Shown here: piece after piece, positions 12,729-24,612 of the stretch
How the letters are laid out: each line of letters starts with the position of its first letter
How positions within the stretch are numbered: the stretch's first letter is position 1
Assembly (NCBI GenBank): GCA_965644295.1
Contig: CBFFRP010000165.1
Span: 1 to 64,000 of the forward strand
Direction: 5' to 3'
DNA: 64,000 nt
DNA from: Paraphysomonas bandaiensis
Taxonomy: Eukaryota > Protista > Chrysophyceae
Notes under the pieces: model-generated
Databases searched by the model: none
Told to the model about the DNA's origin: nothing
What the model saw: the letters and a program-made list of their open reading frames with translations, nothing else
Translations under genes and position numbers: made by a program

Positions 12729-14519
12729 ATGGGATGGCAAGACACAGTATCATCAACCAAACTGTTTCGTCGTAAACCCGCTCATGAGCTGCCCCTATAC
12801 ATGGACACCCCCCACACACACTCCAACAAACCAAATATAAGAAAACATTATCATTATAAGCATTATATGGCTGTTATCATACTGATGTTTGTTATACTGT
12901 GTATGTATTATGGGGTTAGCGTGTTATCGTATGAGGAGGATGAGGGGCCTGTTGATAGTATAGTTAGTATATTTGCAAGTAAAGATACGGATGAGTCTGA
13001 TCATATTGAGGTAGAATCAATGGATGAGATTATGAAACGGCATCCATATAAATATGTCGATCCTGCTGCATCTAGTCGAGATAATTATGCAGTAAGCAGA
13101 CTGCTGTCGAATGGGCCCCCAAAACAACAACGTGGCGATAGTGTTGATTCCTCACATGAAAGTTTAGAAGCGCGTAGTGAACCAGTGCAACGAGATGATG
13201 GCAATATCGTCTTCTTTAGCTTTCACGGTAAAGTAGGGTGTACAACTATGATGCATGTTCTGGAGGAGCAGTATGGTATTGTTAATGGTGGCGAACTACA
13301 CCTTCAACAGAAGTTGAGACACAACAACTCAATAACCGACAAGTGGGACTCATACGACCCATCACAGTACTCTGATGTCAACAAGAAGGCAATTATTGAG
13401 TACATCAGTGCTGTTTTTGACGAACACGGCCCACCTCCATTCAAGCAAAGGAAGTCTCTTTCTGTACATATGACAGACGCCTGGGCAAATGGAGTTGATA
13501 TCGCCTGGCTAGTAGAAGTCCTGCAGAGGGTTGGCGGTGTCACTCACATGGTTATTACTGTGCGTAACCCTTTACACGCCAAGATATCCGGTATGTCTGG
13601 CTCTTCCTCTCACTTATTTGTAGCTGATTTTGTGTGTAGATGTGTCTGACACCCGGTTCAAGGCTCTGCTTTCGGACTCTAGCTCTTGCGAAGATAGGCG
13701 ATATCTATTTGAAATTAGTCGAGCAGAAGCTCTTGAGATGGTTGTGGCGCAGCACAGCGGCATAAAGGAGGCTATGTCAGTTACAGGGCTAAAGTTTCTT
13801 GGTACGTATGACAGTGTTCCTAATGCACAAATCTGTGTCTGATGTGTCTGCAGGACTCAGTTATGAGATAGATTTGCGCCGCGATATTGCGGTTGCTATG
13901 GAGGAAGTTGTGGACTTTGTGTGGCCGACTGGATCGGTGCCGCCACCAGTCCCACACTCAGTGAGACAGATGCATCGCAATGATTGTGGCCTCTCTGTTG
14001 TGCTCTACAACTACAAAGAGCTAGAGTGTATTCTTGCTCCCACTCCACTGCGATGGGTTATCTACGAGCGGGAGGAGAATGTTGGGTTTGAGGAGGTGAT
14101 GAGGGCAGGGGACGAATTTGTCGTGTGGGCAGATGGGGTGAAGAATACCAGGGATGATATCATGAACCCAACCAAGTGCCGTGTAGTGGCGGATCACAAA
14201 ATGCTGCAGGAGTACAAAATGAAAATTACCAAGACCATATCCAGATGTGGACATGGGGGACACACTGATGTGAGTTTATCTTGCCTTCTAATTAACATTC
14301 GTGACTATTTTCATGCAGGTCTGTCATGGCTATGGTAAGATGAAGGAGTACACATGCACTCAACTTTTAAAGCTTTCTCGCAACCAATGTGATTCGATGA
14401 CCTACTCGAACGGTGAGTGTTATCTGCATAACGAAGCCAGATCGGATTTTTGGGATGGTGACTGCAGCAATAAGCTGGGTTTTTGGGCACGTCCCAGCGA
14501 AAGCCGTAGACGATCATAG
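12729..14519 (+). CDS. Type II membrane sulfotransferase-like protein with a Cys-rich (PAN/apple-like) C-terminus; multi-exon
   Basis: N-terminal TM anchor (MAVIILMFVILCMYYGVSVL); 5'PSB-like FFSFHGKVGCTTMMHVL; 3'PB-like VITVRNPLHAKIS; LSYEIDL; C-terminal C..C..CDSMTYSNGECYLH. Confidence 0.55.
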
Positions 14520-15251
14520 TATTCTACAGCTTTATTTCTGCATAGTTAGTTATAGTTGGGTGTTAGATAGCTGTTGAGATGACTCGTATCGTAATTCCTT
14601 ACGAAAATCTCAGATGTCTCCTGATAGAGTCCTTGTTGCAATCACGTTGTTATATAGTAATAAATTATGCTTTCTCACTATAACCAAGTCACCCATTTGA
14701 ATGACAAGGGTTTGTTGGCAAGATATCAGCTAGAATAATTAGTTGAAATTTAAAATCCTATAATTTATGAATGTATATACACGTGACTGCAATAAGGGTA
14801 CTAACGTTATAACACTCCTTTCGATTATGTGTAACTTTCAATCTGCTTGTGATCACACTGGCCTTTCGAAATTACATTTGCTAATTTTTACTACTCTACA
14901 CAATAACGGATATCGAAGTTATAAATTTTACTTCAAAGTTAGCAAAAGGCTAGAAAACATTCATTGCTTTTGTGGAACATGATAATACACAATACAAGCA
15001 TGCATAATTCTTACACATAGAAAAGCAGCATATCCACCACACTAACATTGTTTCCTCATAAAGCATAGCACATGTAATAATGAAATATGTTAAGCCCTGA
15101 ATATTGGATTTCATACTGCACTTCGTCACAACAATGGAGTCAAATTAATATTACTGAGGGAAGATAAAATCATTTGGACTACTCAGGGTTGATACACATC
15201 TATCAAATGCTCTCAGTACAACTATCTATATGTAAATGAAATAGACACTTT

Positions 15252-17715
15252 TCATTTTCTTTGTTGTGTACTATTCTGAGAGGGCTCTTGTTGTCTAATA
15301 AATTGTAGGTTTAATTCCTGTAGCCACCCGATATCCATAACCGATATACACCTCATGTAGTGCTTAGTCGTCACCAAAATTTCTGCAAATACCACATGTC
15401 TTGGTAGTTTTGATCCTCTTGCAAAGAGAGCTGATGAAGGATGTACATAAACGTCTTGGCCACCACTCACAGTGCGGTATGGGGCGTGGGACGTCATCTG
15501 TTGTCCCTTAGCGTTGAAGCTCTTTCCACGTAACCCTTTGCCAGTGTTTGCTTGCGAATCGATTGCACTGACCGCACATGCAATGTTGGTGGAAAGGCCT
15601 TTGGCGATACACTTCAATAATGGGTCTCTCTCTGGCAGACAGGAAGGTGTCGGATCGATACCCATTGACTGCAACAGTTGGGATATCTGACCCCGCACAG
15701 AGGCTGCATGCGTCATTGCCCTGTGATTTATGAAGCTCCGCGCTGACCAGCCTCTACTTTTTCCAGACTGTGTATATGTGATTAATACGGAATAACATCT
15801 CAGCACAAATACAAATCACCTTGCTCCAGGCTTCATAGATGTTTATTAGAGTAACAAAATCACCGTCACGGGAGGCAAAATGTCTGTGAATCTGTCCAGC
15901 AGTCTACATAATGTACATGTCGTGATTCGTGAAATCGAAGAGTTTTATAGTCACCATACCTTTTTCTGGTCCTCTCTATGGGGCTGCACATACACATTAT
16001 CAGTTGACAGCATTGCCACGGCGGTGAGTGCTTCTGACATGCATCTGTGGAGCATCAGTTGCAAGAATACTTTACCAAAGCACTACTCACCCGAAATCAC
16101 GGGCACAGAGCAGCAGATGTGCGTAGGAAGGCTCCAGAGGGATCTTGGCCATTGTTCTTCCGTGGTCCGAGAGAGTTTTCTCCTGCAATTATTAGTAAGT
16201 TCCAATGCATCGCGTAAGAATAATTTCGTACTCTCGTTAGGGCGCCGAGATGTAGAAGTTGAGTGAGGGCCTTGTGAAGTGCTTGCTTCGAGGGTGGCGA
16301 TGGGTAAGGAAATGCAAGTGGGTTCTCTACACCTATGGCGAATAGCTGAAGTATGACTTGAGCAACCCCCACCCGCTGGATCTCAGGAACAGCCGACTCC
16401 TGCAGGCTATCAAAAGCCTCCTCAGTAAACAAGCGAAAGCACTTCCCTTCGCATTCTCTACCAGCTCTACCAGCTCGCTGGTTGGCTTGAGACTGAGAGA
16501 CTGGCATTACCTGTAGCATATCCGCACCAGTGTAGGGATGCATGCAGCGACTCTTCATTTTTCCGGGGTCTACTACATAGCGAATACCACTAATAGTTAC
16601 AGAGGTTTCAGCAATGTTCGTCGCCAGTACAAATTTTCTCGTGCCAGCAGGAGCCGGTTGAAAGGCGCGCATCTGTTCGTCACTGGAGAGAGCAGCGTAT
16701 AGGGGATGCAAAGCGTACTGTGGTAGTATTCGGCCGGTAGAGGCCGTATCCGTCTGAAGGAGTTGAAGATGCTGCTCCAGTAGCAAATGTAGACTCTCAA
16801 TATCCTCCTGCCCAGGCAGGAAAACAAGAACGCCCCCAGACCCTTCCTCCTCTTCGTGAATCTAGTATCAATGCAATAAGTAAGCAACCAGTTTCAGGAA
16901 GAAATAGCGGACCTGCAAACATGTAAGCAGGGCTGCCTCGATAATGTCTTGCTCCGGCTGGGTCGTGTAAAGAATCTGCACAGGAAACTGCCTCCCACTT
17001 ATCTTTACCATAGTACTTTGCTGCAAATAAAAACTATCAGAAGACATCACATAAAGTAGTCGACTTTACTTTAAAGTATTCCATAAATAATTTAACCTCT
17101 AGAGTGGCAGACATAACGACTATTCTGAAAGATCAAACATTTAAAGGTATTCGTAACTACGTATCGTAAACATACCGCAGCTCTGGTCTATTCTCCTGCA
17201 GTCTCCGCAACAAACCAATCAATATATCTGTTTGAAGCGACCTCTCATGTGCTTCATCAAGAATAACACAACTATATTTCGATAAAGTCGTATCGGTCAT
17301 AATCTCTCGTAGTAGTACACCATCCGTAACATATTTAATACGTGTTTTATGACTGGTTTTATCATCGAATCGTATGGAGTATCCCACCTCCTCTCCCAGG
17401 ACACATCCACGCTCAAGAGCAACCCTCTCTGCGATAGTAACAGCTGCTACACGACGTGGTTGTGTACATACAACACAACCAGATGAAAATAATCCTACAA
17501 GAAACTGTGGTAACTGTGTACTCTTCCTGTTGACAGATGAGACACATCGACAGAGACATGATGACATACCCACAGCCAGTTTCACCACATACGATTGTAG
17601 TTTGATAGCGGCGTATGTTTTCTTTTAGTTCTGCTTTATGTGTAAATATGGGCAGAGATGTGTCTCTACTTATAGAGGGAGTCACCTCATCTCGCCTACG
17701 CTTCTTATGGGGCAT
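15252..17715 (-). CDS. DHX33: DEAH-box ATP-dependent RNA helicase, DHX33/Dhr2-like; multi-exon
   Basis: [57 protein letters not shown]2 and OB-fold ([10 protein letters not shown]); very short N-terminus typical of DHX33/DHX35. Confidence 0.85.
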
Positions 17716-18391
17716 TATGTATGTATGTATGTGTGTATGTATGTGTGTATATGTAGTGAAGTGAAGTGAAGTGATATGAAGTGAATCTTCACTTAATGAA
17801 GTTGAAGTCAAAGGTAACTGTGTATTGATATGGTGAGAAGAAGTCATACCATACCAGTGTCTTTGTACATGCACAGTGGCCATTGAGAGGCAGTCCTCTC
17901 CAAGGCAAGCACGTACACTCACTCCATACACACTTCATGCCCTTGGCCAGACGTATTACTTATACTATTGGTATACTGCAGTATACCATTGTATCAGTGA
18001 TATACAATGTATTCAAGACGGTATAGTGTGAAGGGAATAAGGTAAGTTTTTGGATGCACATATTCGGGGATTTTACCCAACTTAGTTAAAAAGTGCGGAA
18101 AAAAGTGAGAAAAAGTTTAAAAATAGACACTTTTAGTATTATTTTTTTGAAGGGAACAAGATCACATATCTAGATATGGAGTGATGTACTGTAGTTTGTG
18201 GTAAAGTATGAGGGTGTACGTAAACTAGTGGATACTGTGGACAACAATGAGGGATTAACCATCACGACTCTGACATACATCGGAATGAGGGAAGAGTGAT
18301 TATATCCACATATGACGTTAAGCAACACACTACAGATGATGAATTACCTCACCTCCATCACTATTAATGCACCTATCACCCCTAATCTGTC

Positions 18392-20786
18392 ATGCTATCT
18401 CTCATCTCTCTTACAGGCCTTCATCTTGTCTTGTGGTGTCTCATACACTCAGTATATGCTGAGGAATCATCTACCACAACCACCCTCACATATGTGTGTC
18501 ATTCAGATGATACGCCTGAGCAAATCAACAACTATTGCTTCATAGATTCTGTTGTTGCTTATACAAAAAATGATAATTTCCGCATCTTTTCAGGTGGCTG
18601 TCCAGGTAACAGTCCATAGCATGCTCTCTGATGTACTAACTTGCCGTATAGACACTGCAGTTACTGAACCAAGTGGGTGTAATATGACGGATTCGGAGTG
18701 TCCATCTCCGATGCTTCAGAAGTATGTTTTCTCATTACCTTTCAAACCCAGAGTTCGCCGAAGTGGCCCAAGTCCAATTCCGGTCATGCCTGTGAATGAT
18801 GGAAGCAAAAAATTAGTTGTTGGACCTATTGGTGTGACTGTAAATGGTGTTCTAATGTACAGCCATGATGAGCACTCACAGCTGAATGGGATAGATACGT
18901 GTGGAGGACAAACTGATCAGTTCTATAGATATCAGTACCATTATCCACCTATATGTTTAATGAACCAAATGCATGTCACAGTACCAGAGTCACCCTTAGA
19001 GTTCTTGGATGCCAATACTGTTGATGAACAGATTTTGCAATGGCCTGCAACAGGATCTCCGAGTCCCCTGCTCGGCTATGCGTTGGATGGGTTTCCAATC
19101 TTTGGTCCCTACAATTCCACAGGACAGCTTCAGGTTGCCGGTGAAGGAGAAGTCCTAGATGAGTGTAATTTTGATTCCAGAACCAGGCGCTATCATATTA
19201 CAGCCAATTCTCCATTCTTCCCTTCATGTCTTGTAGGTAAACCTGGTTCATTTGAGAGTATAGTAACACCCCAAGGAATGTGTTCCACTACTCCTCAAAG
19301 TCGTTTTTGTACTGGGTCTAGTTGTCGCCCAAATTACACTAAAGTGCCCTCTTCTACCCCTCGCTTTATAATGGATGCAGTATGGACTGTGGTTCTAGTT
19401 ATTGCATGCATTCTCTTATGCATTCTCCTCGCTACTTTTGCGTATCGCTTAGTATTCCCTTCCTCTTTCCTCTACCCGTCCGAAAAAATCATTCTTTCGG
19501 TACTTCCAGCTCTTGTCATGCTTCTGGCGAGTCAGTCTGTGTTGAAGTTATTCTTTGGGCAGAGCCGAGATCAGTATGACTATGATTTGGATATGGTCCC
19601 GATAGACACTTACCTCAATGAAGCCGTTGCTTCCTTTCTAACTGTTACTGGTGTTCTGTATTCACTGATTGTGTCTCAGCTTTTCACTTTGATCAATGAA
19701 AAATTTGTCAATATCCGTGACGCCCTTGGTGATGAGCTTGCTAGCTGCCGTCAAATAGTACTTTGTATTAAGGCTATTCACCTGACTGATACAACTAGCA
19801 AGCAAGTTTCTCTAAAATTAAAAGCAGTGAAGGTAGTTGTATGGTATGTCACGCAGATAAGTAAGAAGTGGGGACAACCCCTGACGGCTGAGGACAATTC
19901 ATTGGATGTGTTATATGGACTTCTTCCACTTGTTTCTAAGCTTTGTGATGACACAGATCGGTCGTTCAACTATCACGTTGCCGATCGAATTGTAGATTGT
20001 CTTAACGATCTCGCTAATGCGAAGTACCATAGGCTAGCACTGGAAGATCAGAGTGTACCATCGTATCTTTGGTACCTTCAGTATTTACTTAGCACTGCCA
20101 TGTTTTTAGGTGTGATGTTAATATACACTGGCTCGCAGCTGCTGAATGAAATCATGTGTTTCGTGGTTGCTCTTTTGGTTGGCATGATTGCGATGATTGT
20201 AACAGATATGGATATGCCTTACGATGGACTGATCAACTTATCGCAGGACCCAGTGTATGAACTTATCAACAACTTGGCAGGGTCTCAAAATGTTGCAACT
20301 CTATCAACCAACCTTGACAAGAAAAACAGTCGCTTCTTTAAAACTGATCTTGGGAGAATTAGCTCGGGGACTATGTCCAAAGCAGATATGGTGTCATCCA
20401 GAAGAATCTCCATGAACGAGCGTCGCTCGTCGCTATCGTCTCTTAATGACATGTTGAGTACGAAACTGAGCTCTAAAATGGGGGGCTCAAGTCGAATGGG
20501 ATCTGTCAAGTTTAATATTCCAGACATCTCTCAAGTAATTTCTCCGGCCTACCGGCATTACAACACTACGGCTGACTGCAATGAAGAAAATATTGACACT
20601 CCTCCTATTCACCCAGAAGATGGCTATGAAGTCGCCGAAAAGGATTATGAAATGAATAACCTCTCTTCCGTCTCAGACTCAATTCGTAGTGTTAGTTCTA
20701 ATGGTGGGAGCGAAACTAGGTCTTTGAGGTCGAGTGCGAAAGTATACTGCGAAGAAAACACAGATGGACTTGTTGACATTGTGTAA
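18392..20786 (+). CDS. Signal peptide + YHYH domain + TM segments + DUF4239 (bestrophin-like) membrane domain; exons 18392-18605 and 18652-20786
   Basis: Signal peptide MLSLISLTGLHLVLWCLIHSVYA; YHYH-family motifs GPIGVTVNGV, DTCGG..YQYHYPP, SPLLGYALDGFPIFGPY, LDECN..YHIT; DUF4239-like FLTVTGVLYSLIVSQL...E, R...VPSYLW, DMDMPYDG; Ser-rich tail. Confidence 0.75.
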
Positions 20787-21492
20787 ATATTATGACGGTT
20801 AGGCGGAGTGCCAGTGACGGTGCCATTCAATGTATTTGTGATTCCACACTGTATGTGTAGATGTTCTTCAAACGTTTACAGCGATAAGACTAATCTTATT
20901 TACAATCTAATTCTAACACCCGTTACAGTTGTACGGTAATACGATGTCCTTCAGTCTTAGAACACTATTGACGCATAAACTATTTAAGTACATATCTGTC
21001 ATCTGTCACTTGAATTCTTAGATATAGCATTTCATAAGAAAAAAGATTACATGTTGACATGCAACAGCGACAAACGCGTGATTGTAAGTGCAGCAGCTCA
21101 GCTAAAAATATACCACTATATGTATAATGTGATAGGAAGATAGTAGACTGATAAGGATACAATAGAAATTGAAATATGCAATATCAACAGACTTAAATTG
21201 CTAACGAATAAGGGTAATTCAGCAGAAGTTTGCAGTTTATTCCTCGGACAACTTGTGACATACCCGGACATCTATATTTCCTATCCCTTCAATAATTGTG
21301 AAATGTAATCAGCTCACGAAAATACGTAGAACTAATATTAGCCTATTATGAATAAGTAGCGTTAATATTACCATTCTCGAGCGAACAAACAACTCCGATG
21401 AAAAATATCATAAGCAATTCCAGCATACATCCTAGCGTCACAAACACATTACTCGTCAGTACAACGCTACATGCTATCAATACCATGAACAA

Positions 21493-22918
21493 CTATAATC
21501 TATTTAACTTCGTTCCACTCCTACGTCTCTTACTGCTGTGTGGATGCAACCACAAGTCCCGCTCATTTTCATTCAAATAGCTTCGGGGTGGAAAAGGCGT
21601 ATGCTTACCCGCATATATACTGTATCCCACCCTCATTGCGATAGCATCTTCACCAGCGAGCATAACATAGTAGCCGTGCTGCTCTAAAAATTCGATTACT
21701 GAGTCAGCTGTACCTGAATCCTCGACCTCGTAATTGCTAGTATAATTCCGCATGACCTAAGGATATGATCAACATATGTTAATTCGTGTAGCGCTATATT
21801 TTTGTAATATAACCTTGTCTTCGTATATAATGACAGCAGGCCAGAGCTCTGGACACAGTGTGTTTAATGCACTTCGTACTATATCACCATCTAACCCCTC
21901 CACATCCACCAGTAGAAGGTCAATCCGCGTACTATGGATGTGGCCGTGATGGAGAGAACTACTCCTACTGCTGAGGTTGCTGGACTGTTTGCCGCTGCTT
22001 GACAAACACCAAACTCCAACATGTTGACCGCTGTATGTCTGAATATATTTGGTAGCAATGTTAAGTTGTCATTGTTCCTAAAGATTCACTGACCTCAATG
22101 CGCGTATCTAACTTACTAGTTTCGTGATGCACATCGTACCCTCCTAACTTCAATACCTGTCCAAGGGTCACACATGGTACTCTCTCTTCCAAAACACAGT
22201 AGGTATAATTATCTCCAAATAATTTCACATAAGCCTCCTTTCGCATACCACTTATTTGCTTGTACCACGTGCGCTTGAAGGCGCATTTCTTATGTTCGGT
22301 GTTAACCTTGTAAAATGAACAAAACCCATCGGAACTAATTGACAACGGGTCACTAACCGCAGCAGAAATAAAATGCAACTGCTCTAATTGTAAATCGGTA
22401 TAATTTTGAACATCTTGATAAGTACTGTTCAATGAAGACATAAACGCTGGCTCAACGAGTGTGCCACGCCACTTAGCGAGAGAGTATGCCTCCCACTGGC
22501 CCCTCTCAGGTTTGCTTCTAGGAACATGGGGTCGGATGACAGCTTTAAAGAACGGATCATTTGATATACCATCCAGACATCCAATCTGAATGGTATTAAA
22601 GAATTCATTACGATTAGTCCGAATATAATGAAGTCGTCTTATTAATGAAACAACAGCATTCTGTATACGACACTCTTCATAGCCAGACAGACCGCTTTCA
22701 TTATAACTTAAACAGTGAAGATACCGTGATTCCCATTCAGAGATAAACTGAACTAATGTTTGATGTAGTGGATAGTCTGTATAGATGGCTGGTGAGGGGC
22801 GATGTGTGTGATATGAGGGAGCAGTTGATGTGTTATGGTATCTTAAGATAACTATAGATAAATAGAAACTAACAGATAATAAGAGGGTGAAGACTACACT
22901 GGTCAGACCTATCTTCAT
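21493..22918 (-). CDS. Membrane-anchored FkbM-family (Methyltransf_21) SAM-dependent methyltransferase-like protein; multi-exon
   Basis: N-terminal TM; IQIGCLDGISNDPF; WRGTLVEP; FISAAVS; VPCVTLGQVL; IDLLLVDVEGLDGDIV; PAVIIYE. Confidence 0.8.
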
Positions 22919-23047
22919 AGGGAAGAGAGGAATGAGAGGTTGAGTGGAGGTTGATTAGAGGAGGAACATGCATGATGAGAGAGATGGGCGGCTTATGATA
23001 GATACGCACTATCATATACAGCAGTGTACAGTGTACAGTGTAGGACG

Positions 23048-23297
23048 TATGTATGTATGTATGTATGTATGTATGTATGTATGTATGTATGTATGTATGT
23101 ATGTATGTATGTATGTATGTATGTATGTATGTATGTATGTATGTATGTATGTATGTATGTATGTATGTATGTATGTATGTATGTATGTATGTATGTATGT
23201 ATGTATGTATGTATGTATGTATGTATGTATGTATGTATGTATGTATGTATGTATGTATGTATGTATGTATGTATGTATGTATGTATGTATGTATGTA

Positions 23298-23333
<36 letters not shown>

Positions 23334-23405
23334 TGTATGTATGTATGTATGCATGTATGTATGTATGTATGTATGTATGTATGTATGTATGTATGTATGT
23401 ATGTA

Positions 23406-23441
<36 letters not shown>

Positions 23442-23737
23442 TGTATGTATGTATGTATGTATGTATGTATGTATGTATGTATGTATGTATGTATGTATGT
23501 ATGTATGTATGTATGTATGTATGTATGTATGTATGTATGTATGTATGTATGTATGTATGTATGTATGTATGTATGTATGTATGTATGTATGTATGTATGT
23601 ATGTATGTGTGTATGTATGTATGTATGTATGTATGTATGTATGTATGTATGTATGTATGTATGTATGTATGTATGTATGTATGTATGTATGTATGTATGT
23701 ATGTATGTATGTATGTATGTATGTATGTATGTATGTA

Positions 23738-23773
<36 letters not shown>

Positions 23774-23981
23774 TGTATGTATGTATGTATGTATGTATGT
23801 ATGTATGTATGTATGTATGTATGTATGTATGTATGTATGTATGTATGTATGTATGTATGTATGTATGTATGTATGTATGTATGTATGTATGTATGTATGT
23901 ATGTATGTATGTATGTATGTATGTATGTATGTATGTATGTATGTATGTATGTATGTATGTATGTATGTATGTATGTATGTA

Positions 23982-24017
<36 letters not shown>

Positions 24018-24313
24018 TGTATGTATGTATGTATGTATGTATGTATGTATGTATGTATGTATGTATGTATGTATGTATGTATGTATGTATGTATGTATGT
24101 ATGTATGTATGTATGTATGTATGTATGTATGTATGTATGTATGTATGTATGTATGTATGTATGTATGTATGTATGTATGTATGTATGTATGTGTGTATGT
24201 ATGTATGTATGTATGTATGTATGTATGTATGTATGTATGTATGTATGTATGTATGTATGTATGTATGTATGTATGTATGTATGTATGTATGTATGTATGT
24301 ATGTATGTATGTA

Positions 24314-24349
<36 letters not shown>

Positions 24350-24492
24350 TGTATGTATGTATGTATGTATGTATGTATGTATGTATGTATGTATGTATGT
24401 ATGTATGTATGTATGTATGTATGTATGTATGTATGTATGTATGTATGTATGTATGTATGTATGTATGTATGTATGTATGTATGTATGTGTGT
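23048..24492. repeat. (TATG)n microsatellite, ~1.45 kb
   Basis: Direct reading; rare TATA, GTGT and GCAT variant units. Confidence 0.99.
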
Positions 24493-24612
24493 ATCGATGG
24501 TTCTATTTGTGGAAGGTATTTCATCATAGCGGAGGATTAGCTCGCAGTGGTCTTGATATGTACATCATCTAGTATATCACACTGTCATTTCTCTGTATTG
24601 TCACCAAATAGC

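Noticed and set aside
22869-24572. 500-aa YIHT / MYVC repeat ORFs
   Set aside because: They are translations of the stop-free (TATG)n microsatellite, open in several frames
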